From Chloroflexota bacterium (GTDB taxonomy: Bacteria > Chloroflexota > Dehalococcoidia > Lucifugimonadales > JACPCL1), in NCBI GenBank assembly GCA_016210375.1, contig JACQUH010000067.1:911-24910 (forward strand): a stretch of DNA of 24,000 nt, written 5' to 3'. The position numbers and the translations under genes are program-made. This document shows, in pieces, positions 15,809 to 21,831 of the stretch; the first letter of the stretch is position 1, and every line of letters begins with the position of its first letter. The notes under the pieces were generated by a model that did not search any database, was not told the DNA's origin, and saw only the letters and a program-made list of their open reading frames with translations.

Positions 15809-16669
15809 CTACACGCGCTGGGGGCGGCGGGCGCGTGCGTTGGCATCAGCCAACTCCTTGAGACGGCGGGCTACCTCCATCGGTGGCCCCAACTCGCCGG
15901 GAAGGTGCTCTCCGGGCGTCCCGAAGGCGTGGTAGTCGCTGCCCCCGCAGGGCAGCAGGCCGTGGCGGTGGGCGGCTTCGGCCAGACGGGCGCGGGTAGG
16001 CTCGTCATACTCGGCGTAGTGGACCTCCATCCCCTGAAGGCCCGCCTCCCATAGCTCTCTAAGGATTCTCTCCAGTCCGTCCAGCATGGCAGGGTGGGCC
16101 AGCACCGCTACACCACCCGTCCCCACGATGAGGCGGACGGCCTCGGGCGGGGTCAGCTTCTCCCGCTCGGCGTAGGCCAGGCCGTTGCGGCCCAGGTGCC
16201 TCTCAAAGGCCTGCTGCGGGTACTGGAAGTACCCCTTCTCCACCAGGGCCTGGGCGATATGAGGCCGGCCGATGGCCCCGCTGCCGGCGATCTCCTTCAC
16301 GCGCTTCCAGTCCACGGGCATGCCGAGCTGGGCCAGCTTGCGCACCATCTCCTGGGCACGGTCCACGCGGCCCTCCCGGAAACGCTGGAGGGTGGCCTGG
16401 AATCCCGCATCCTCGTAGTCCAGGTAGTAGCCCAGCATGTGGACCTCGTTGCCGGGGATGTCGGTGCTGAGCTCCACGCCGGGGATGATGGTGAGCTGGG
16501 GGTAGGCCCGGGCGGCCTGGTACGCCTCGGCCAGGCCGTCGGTGATGTCGTGGTCGGTAATGGCGACTACCCTCAGTCCCTTCTGAGCCACCAGACGGAC
16601 GAGCTCTGTGGGCGTCAGGCGGCCATCGGACTGGGTGGTGTGGAGGTGCAGGTCAACTTCTACGGGCAT
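15809..16669 (-). CDS. PHP-domain metal-dependent phosphoesterase (TrpH/YciV-like)
   Basis: MPVEVDLHLHTTQSDGRLTPTELV...VVAITDHDITDG...AHP...GGSDYH is the typical PHP His/Asp motif set. ATG 16669 follows the ymdB stop (16673-16671) after a single nucleotide. The ORF track starts at TTG 16678. Confidence 0.88.
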   Translation of the reverse strand: MPVEVDLHLHTTQSDGRLTPTELVRLVAQKGLRVVAITDHDITDGLAEAYQAARAYPQLTIIPGVELSTDIPGNEVHMLGYYLDYEDAGFQATLQRFREGRVDRAQEMVRKLAQLGMPVDWKRVKEIAGSGAIGRPHIAQALVEKGYFQYPQQAFERHLGRNGLAYAEREKLTPPEAVRLIVGTGGVAVLAHPAMLDGLERILRELWEAGLQGMEVHYAEYDEPTRARLAEAAHRHGLLPCGGSDYHAFGTPGEHLPGELGPPMEVARRLKELADANARARRPQRV

Positions 16670-16670
16670 G

Positions 16671-17438
16671 TTACTCAATCACCCGGTCAATGCGCTGGAT
16701 GTCCCTGGCGCGGCCGTTGGCCTCGTCCACTTCAATCAGCACAGAGTTGAGGCGCATGGGGCCTCGGGCCACATTCAGGGGCCGGGGCATCTGGGTCAGG
16801 AAACGGTACAGGACGTCCTGCGGATCGTCGCCGATGACGGAGTTGTAGGCGCCGGCCATGCCCAGGTCGGTCACGAAGGCGGCGCCCCTGGGCAGGAGGC
16901 GCGGGTCGGCGGTGGCGACGTGGGTGTGGGTGCCCACGATGGCGCTGACGCGCCCGTCCAGGTACCAGCCCATGGCCTGCTTTTCCGAGGACGCCTCGGC
17001 GTGGAAGTCCACGACGGTGACCGGCGCGGGCGGCAGCTCTCGGAGGAGCGCGTCCATGGCGCGGAAGGGGCAATCCAGGTGCGCATTCATGAAGACGCGG
17101 CCCATGAGGTTGACCACCCGGACGTTGCCCCAGGTGTAGTGGCCGTTCCCGGGCGCGCCCGGCGGGAAGTTGAGGGGACGGAGACAGCGAGGCTCCTGGT
17201 CCAGGTAGGGGAGAGCCTCCTTCTTGTCCCAGACGTGGTCGCCGGTGGTGATGATGTCCACCCCGGCGGCGAAGATGTCATCGGCGGTCTCCCGGGTGAT
17301 GCCGAAGCCGCCCGCGGCGTTTTCGCCGTTGGCAATGACCAGGTCCACGGAGTGCTCGGAGCGCAGTCCGGGTACCAGGGACTGGACGGCCCTGCGGCCC
17401 GGCTTGCCCACGATGTCGCCGATCATGAGGATTCGCAT
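16671..17438 (-). CDS. ymdB: YmdB-family metallophosphoesterase (2',3'-cyclic-nucleotide phosphodiesterase family, TIGR00282-like)
   Basis: MRILMIGDIVGKPGRRAV...DLVIANGENAAGGFGIT...GVDIITTGDHVWDKKE...RPLNFP...VDFHAEASSEKQAMGWYLDGRVSAIVGTHTHV. The start at ATG 17438 is chosen by homology to the usual MRILFIGD N-terminus. The ORF is open to GTG 17483. Confidence 0.9.
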   Translation of the reverse strand: MRILMIGDIVGKPGRRAVQSLVPGLRSEHSVDLVIANGENAAGGFGITRETADDIFAAGVDIITTGDHVWDKKEALPYLDQEPRCLRPLNFPPGAPGNGHYTWGNVRVVNLMGRVFMNAHLDCPFRAMDALLRELPPAPVTVVDFHAEASSEKQAMGWYLDGRVSAIVGTHTHVATADPRLLPRGAAFVTDLGMAGAYNSVIGDDPQDVLYRFLTQMPRPLNVARGPMRLNSVLIEVDEANGRARDIQRIDRVIE

Positions 17439-17557
17439 AGAAACGCCCATCTCCTTCTCACGATGTGCTCTCCGCTGAACCACTCACCTTGGGAACTCCC
17501 TCAGAATGGTTCTTACCCTCCCAGCCTAATGGTTATTGACAAAATGGACTGCCTATA

Positions 17558-17720
17558 GGGTTCCGACCTAGCCCTCTCTGGCTCCCCCTTCCCCAAGGGG
17601 AAGGGGGAGCAGGTAGGTTTGAATCGGTGTGATGCGGCCTTGCCGCATCACACCGATTCTTCAGAATATCGTCCCGCTCTCCTGGAAGGAGAGGGGGACC
17701 ACAGGGGGAGAGGTCGGGTC
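17558..17720 (+). repeat. Composite hairpin repeat, family A, copy 3 (with additional hairpin modules)
   Basis: - Flank: GGGTTCCGACCTAGCCCTCTCTGG.
- Hairpin 1: 17582-17609, CTCCCCCTTCCCC-AA-GGGGAAGGGGGAG.
- Hairpin 2: 17621-17659, GAATCGGTGTGATGCGGC-CTT-GCCGCATCACACCGATTC.
- Extra hairpin: CTCTCCT-GGA-AGGAGAG (17677-17693). Confidence 0.85.
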
Positions 17721-17800
17721 TCAGTGGCATCATAATTGTTCAATGGCCATGAGGGGGCCATGCTAAAGAGCTTCGTGAGACAGGTACTCCATCGCCTGGC

Positions 17801-17837
17801 ACACATCGGGGCGGGCATCAAGCCCGCCCCGATGTGT
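17801..17837 (-). other. GC-rich hairpin 13 nt downstream of the rny stop (possible partial terminator or RNA-stability element)
   Basis: ACACATCGGGGCGGGC-ATCAA-GCCCGCCCCGATGTGT, a 16-bp perfect stem. No U-tract follows on the minus strand. Confidence 0.4.
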
Positions 17838-17850
17838 GTACTCGCTTCAC

Positions 17851-19377
17851 CTACTTGGCGTACTCAACGTTGCGGGTCTCGCGAATAACGATCACTTTGA
17901 TCTGGCCGGGGAAAACGAGGGTCTCCTCTATCTTCTTGACCACGTTGCGGGCCAGGTTGGCAGCGGCCACATCATCCACCTCCTCCGGCTTGACCATGAT
18001 GCGCACCTCGCGGCCGGCCTGGATGGCGAAGCTCTTTTCAATGCCAGGGAAAGCGTTGGCCACGGCCTCCAGGGCCTCCAGGCGTTTGACGTAGTGCTCC
18101 AGGGTGTCCCTGCGGGCGCCGGGCCTGGCCGCGCTGATGGCGTCGGCGGCGGCAACCAGGAAGGCCTCCACGGAACCCATTTCCTCGTCGTGGTGCTCCA
18201 TAATGGCGCGCCGGATAGGCTCCGGGATGCCATATTTGCGGGCCACCTCGGCGCCGATCTCGGCGTGGGTGCCTTCCACCTCGTGGGTGAGGGCCTTACC
18301 GATGTCGTGCAGCAGGCCGCCGGCCTTGGCCACGTCTACATTGGCGCCGACCTCAGCGGCCAACATGCCAGAGAGAAGGGAGACCTCTATGCTGTGCTGG
18401 AGGATGTTCTCGCCGTAGCTGTAGCGGTACTTGAGGCGGCCCATGAGCTTGACGATCTCCGGGTTCATGCCCCGTACGCCGGACTCAAATATTGCCCGTT
18501 CACCCTCCTTCCAGATAGTATCCTCCACCTCTTTCTGGGCCTTGGTCACCATGTCCTCAATACGGGCAGGGTGGATTCTGCCGTCCTGGACCAGGTAGGT
18601 GAGGGCCAGCTTGGCGACCTCTCTGCGAATGGGGTCAAAACAGGAAACCGTCACGGCCTCTGGCGTATCGTCAACGATGAGGTCTACCCCTGTGGCGGCT
18701 TCAATTGCTCGGATATTCCGTCCTTCGCGGCCAATGAGACGGCCTTTCATCTCATCATTGGGAAGGGGTACAACAGCGGTGGTGTTCTCGGAAACAACGT
18801 CTGAAGCGAGGCGATGGATAGCGAGCGTGATGACCTTGCGAGCCTTCTGGTCTGCCTCCTCTTTTGCCCTTTCCTCCAGGTCCCTATATCGGCGGGCCAG
18901 CTCGTACTGGATTTCCTCCTCCGCCCGCCGGACCAGCAGCTCCTTGGCGTCGTTCATGGAAAGGCCAGAAAGGGCCTCAAGCTGGGCCTGCTGCTTGGCT
19001 TTGAAGTCATCCAGCTCCGCCTCTTTAACCTCCAGGTCCCGCTCTTTTTGGGTAACAGACCGCTCGCGCTTCTCCATGGCCTCGCTGCGCCGGATAAGCT
19101 GCTCATCGCGGCCGGTCAGCCGCCGCTCCTGCCGTTGCAGCTCGGTGCGGCGGTCTCGTAGCTCCTGCTCCGCAGCGGTGCGGAGCTTCAGCGCCTCCTC
19201 CTTCCCCTCCAGGACCAGCCTCTGCTTCTCCTTCTCCGCCTCCTCAACGATGACTGAAGCCCTACCACGGGCTGCGGCTTCGCCCCGCTGGGCGAATACG
19301 GTGCGGACGAAGTAACCACCTGCTGTCCCCAGTCCCAAAGCCACGAGGACGGCCACTACGGACGCTATAATGTCCAT
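17851..19377 (-). CDS. rny: Ribonuclease Y
   Basis: 508 aa with an N-terminal TM helix ([24 protein letters not shown]) and a long charged coiled-coil. KH domain ([23 protein letters not shown]). HD domain ([21 protein letters not shown]). Confidence 0.95.
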   Translation of the reverse strand: MDIIASVVAVLVALGLGTAGGYFVRTVFAQRGEAAARGRASVIVEEAEKEKQRLVLEGKEEALKLRTAAEQELRDRRTELQRQERRLTGRDEQLIRRSEAMEKRERSVTQKERDLEVKEAELDDFKAKQQAQLEALSGLSMNDAKELLVRRAEEEIQYELARRYRDLEERAKEEADQKARKVITLAIHRLASDVVSENTTAVVPLPNDEMKGRLIGREGRNIRAIEAATGVDLIVDDTPEAVTVSCFDPIRREVAKLALTYLVQDGRIHPARIEDMVTKAQKEVEDTIWKEGERAIFESGVRGMNPEIVKLMGRLKYRYSYGENILQHSIEVSLLSGMLAAEVGANVDVAKAGGLLHDIGKALTHEVEGTHAEIGAEVARKYGIPEPIRRAIMEHHDEEMGSVEAFLVAAADAISAARPGARRDTLEHYVKRLEALEAVANAFPGIEKSFAIQAGREVRIMVKPEEVDDVAAANLARNVVKKIEETLVFPGQIKVIVIRETRNVEYAK

Positions 19378-19539
19378 GGCCTGGGCCGTCCTTTCGCTCT
19401 ATTCGCCTGCGGGCCACCAAGATTACCCGCGGCTGGACTGTTGATGATTTAGAGTAACGCCCTGGGTAGAGGGTGTCAAGTTTGTGTATTGGGCGTGGCT
19501 GATTGCTTCCAGGCATGGCCTGATGCTAAAGCGCCAGGA

Positions 19540-19648
19540 TTGGGCTTGACCTATCCCCCTGTGGTCTCCCTATCTACCTCGGTGAGGGGGGACAATAATC
19601 TGATGAATCGGAATGTTGCGGCTTTGCCGCAACATTCCGATTCATCAG
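19540..19648 (+). repeat. Composite hairpin repeat, family A, copy 4 (divergent first module)
   Basis: - Flank: TTGGGCTTGACCTATCCCCCTGTGG.
- Divergent module: GTCTCCC...GGGGGAC.
- Hairpin 2: 19600-19648, CTGATGAATCGGAATGTTGCGGC-TTT-GCCGCAACATTCCGATTCATCAG (23-bp perfect stem).
- Hairpin 2 ends 7 nt from the stop of the PQQ-dehydrogenase gene. Confidence 0.8.
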
Positions 19649-19654
19649 ACATCA

Positions 19655-20878
19655 TCAGGGCGCCAGGCGGTAAACCCCCTGGTCCTGGGAGAGCAGGTAC
19701 AGCTCGCCGCGAGCGTCCTGGGCAAAGGAGGTGACGCCCAGGTCTGCCGTGGCCAGCAGCAGGTGCTCGGCGACGCGGCCATCGCGGTAGCGAAGGCCCC
19801 AGACCGCCCCAGAGCAATAATCGGCGTAGACGTATGCGCCGTAGAGGGAGGGAAGCCTCTCGCCCCGGTAGACATAGCCGCCGGTGACCGAGCAGCCCTC
19901 GGCGTGGCTGTACTCCGCTACGGGCGGCTCCAGTCCCCCCGTTTGGCATCCCTGCCGAGGGCTGTAGCAATGGTTGCCCTCCATCACCTTCCAGCCGTAG
20001 TTGCCTCCTTTCGTGATAATGTCCACCTCTTCCCAGGCGTTCTGGCCCACGTCCGCCAGCCAGAGGAGGCCCGTGGCAGCGTCAAAGGCGAAGCGCCAGG
20101 GGTTGCGGAGGCCGTAGGCCCATACCTCCTCTCGGGCGCCGGGCACGCCGACGAAGGGGTTGTCCGGCGGGACCAGGTAGGGATGCCCCTGAGTGGCGCC
20201 GCGCACGTCTATCCGCAGGAGCTTGCCCAGGAGGGTCCCTCTGTTCTGGCTGTTGCCGTAGGGGTCGCCGCTGCCGCCGCCATCGCCGACGCCGATGTAC
20301 AGGTAGCCGTCGGGGCCAAAGGCAAGCTGGCCTCCGTTGTGGTTGCCGAAGGGCTTGCCGATCTCCAGGAGGACGAGCTGGCTGGCAGGGTTAATGATTG
20401 GAGAGCCATCGCCGGAGAGGGTAAACCGGGCCAGAACGTTGCGCCTGGGGCCTGCGGCAGAGTAGTAGAGGTAGAGGTAGCCGTTGGACCCGTACAGCGG
20501 GTCAAAGGCCAACCCCAGCAGGCCTTCCTCGTTGTGGGCCTGGAGGACCTGGCTGCTGATGTCCAGGACCAGGGTGGCGCTGGAGGCCTGCGGGTCGTCT
20601 TCAAAGGCCCATAGGCGGCCACTTTGCTCTGCGGCGAAGATATAGAGACCGCCTGGCGGCTGCGCCATGTCGGTAAGGCGCTGGAAAGACAGGCCGGGGA
20701 AGGCGCGCTCCACGCGCACGGGCTGAAGAGGCAGCGCCGGTACTGTCGCGGCGGGCCCAGCCGTCGCTGCCGAGGACGGTGTACCGGTGCCCGCCGGCCC
20801 CTGGCAGGATGTGGCGGCCAGGCTCACAGCGCAGAGCAGCACGACAGGGATCATCGGCAGGCGTTGCACCCTTCGCAT
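19655..20878 (-). CDS. PQQ-dependent sugar dehydrogenase (soluble aldose/sorbosone dehydrogenase, YliI/GSDH family), probable lipoprotein
   Basis: Motifs EGLLGLAFDP, HNGGQLAFGPDGYLYIGVGDGG, GKLLRIDV, GLRNPWRFAFD and DVGQNAWEEVD. From ATG 20878 the N-terminus MRRVQRLPMIPVVLLCAVSLAATSC looks like a lipoprotein signal. The ORF is open to GTG 20917, which has GGAGG 9 nt upstream, so the start is uncertain. Confidence 0.88.
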   Translation of the reverse strand: MRRVQRLPMIPVVLLCAVSLAATSCQGPAGTGTPSSAATAGPAATVPALPLQPVRVERAFPGLSFQRLTDMAQPPGGLYIFAAEQSGRLWAFEDDPQASSATLVLDISSQVLQAHNEEGLLGLAFDPLYGSNGYLYLYYSAAGPRRNVLARFTLSGDGSPIINPASQLVLLEIGKPFGNHNGGQLAFGPDGYLYIGVGDGGGSGDPYGNSQNRGTLLGKLLRIDVRGATQGHPYLVPPDNPFVGVPGAREEVWAYGLRNPWRFAFDAATGLLWLADVGQNAWEEVDIITKGGNYGWKVMEGNHCYSPRQGCQTGGLEPPVAEYSHAEGCSVTGGYVYRGERLPSLYGAYVYADYCSGAVWGLRYRDGRVAEHLLLATADLGVTSFAQDARGELYLLSQDQGVYRLAP

Positions 20879-20933
20879 ACGGGTACGCTGCTCACGGCTC
20901 TCTTGCGCAGCGACCACTCTCCCTATCCTCCAG

Positions 20934-20990
20934 GGGTCCGCTTCTCTGAAACCGGCCTGCTGCGCAGGCCGATTTCAGAGAAGCGGACCC
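20934..20990. repeat. 57-nt near-perfect palindrome
   Basis: GGGTCCGCTTCTCTGAAACCGGCCTGC-TGC-GCAGGCCGATTTCAGAGAAGCGGACCC has one mismatch in a ~27-bp stem. It lies just upstream of the PQQ-dehydrogenase start region. Confidence 0.8.
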
Positions 20991-21084
20991 AAAATGGTTT
21001 TCTCTCCCGCAGAAGGTTGTGAAGAAATAGGCTAGCAAGCGATGGGCCGATGCCTCGGCCCTTGCGGAATACGGTGGGTATGAG

Positions 21085-21237
21085 GGATTCTTCGCGAAGC
21101 GGACAGCACTGGGTAGCAAGAGTAGTCCGACCACTTCCCCATTCGCTGCGCTCAGGGCTTCGGCTAGAATGACAAGTTGCTCCCCCAACCTTTTCTGGCA
21201 TAACGCAGGCCACTTCCTCACAGGCTCTCAGAATGAC
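21085..21237. repeat. Degenerate partial copies of family B terminal motifs
   Basis: GGATTCTTCGCGAAGC (compare AGATTCTTCGCTGCG in 14716-14768). CTAGAATGAC at 21164-21173. An exact CTCAGAATGAC at 21227-21237, identical to 14758-14768. Confidence 0.55.
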
Positions 21238-21339
21238 AGGGATGCTGGCGCAGCTCTCACACTTCCGACTCAAAGGGATGATCCCCAAAGGGTTTGTAAG
21301 GACAGCCGCTCAAGGCTTGAACGCCTGACTGTCCCCGTT

Positions 21340-21381
21340 ACAAAACAGCGCAGGCCAGGACATTAGTGTCCTGGCCTGCGC
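21340..21381 (-). terminator. Rho-independent terminator of the small secreted-protein gene
   Basis: GCGCAGGCCAGGACA-TTAG-TGTCCTGGCCTGCGC (15-bp perfect stem, 21348-21381). On the minus strand it is followed by TGTTTTGT. It sits 45 nt after the stop. Confidence 0.75.
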
Positions 21382-21426
21382 CCATCCGGCCGCCTGTCTT
21401 GTGACTGTTCCCTGGGAACTACGTCA

Positions 21427-21666
21427 CTACGGACAGCCTGGGTCACTCAGGTCGGTAGCCGGGTTGCTCGCTGTAACGGTGCACACTGCGATGTGGGTCC
21501 CATCCACGGTGCCTGCTGGATTGCCTATCACCTGGGTCACCGCGGTAAACAGCCCATAGTCCGCGACTGGAGCGGGAGGGCCAGCGGCAATCGCCGTCGC
21601 CGAGGTGGCGAGGGTCAGCGCACCCACCACCGCCAGCATCGCTAGCAGCTTTCGGGTTCGTCTCAT
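21427..21666 (-). CDS. Small secreted protein (79 aa precursor, ~50 aa mature, two Cys)
   Basis: ATG preceded by AAGGAGG at 6-nt spacing. Sec-type signal MRRTRKLLAMLAVVGALTLATSATAIA with AxA sites. The mature part is AGPPAPVADYGLFTAVTQVIGNPAGTVDGTHIAVCTVTASNPATDLSDPGCP. It is flanked by promoter-like and terminator signals. I recognise no family. Confidence 0.65.
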   Translation of the reverse strand: MRRTRKLLAMLAVVGALTLATSATAIAAGPPAPVADYGLFTAVTQVIGNPAGTVDGTHIAVCTVTASNPATDLSDPGCP

Positions 21667-21703
21667 GGTCGCACCTCCTTTCTCTTGGTATATGCCCCAA
21701 CTT

Positions 21704-21732
21704 ATTATCTGGAAACCGTACTCCGCCTACAA
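21704..21732 (-). promoter_or_regulatory. Candidate sigma70-type promoter for the small secreted-protein gene
   Basis: On the minus strand: TTGTAG (21732-21727), a 17-nt spacer, then GATAAT (21709-21704). The -10 element ends ~37 nt upstream of the ATG. The inverted repeat AGTACC-N16-GGTACT (21741-21768) lies just upstream. Confidence 0.35.
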
Positions 21733-21831
21733 TGTACAAAAGTACCACCCGACGAATGTCAGGGTACTGGTCCGACGGAATCCGTGATCCAAGGAAGGCG
21801 AAGGCGAGGAAATTGCCGTCATGAACGGCTC

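Noticed and set aside
14425-19648. CRISPR array
   Set aside because: The repeats are 1-2 kb apart, separated by genes, in mixed orientation and of composite structure. There is no regular repeat-spacer periodicity and there are no cas genes.
14324-19734. Similar small ORFs 14324..14539 (+), 15252..15629 (-), 15494..15685 (+), 17533..17733 (-) and 19489..19734 (+), which could be mistaken for a conserved small-protein family
   Set aside because: Their similarity (CDAA.PHHT.S, PPSP.G.G) comes from translating the family A hairpin repeat in either orientation. They have no SD and lie in intergenic repeats.
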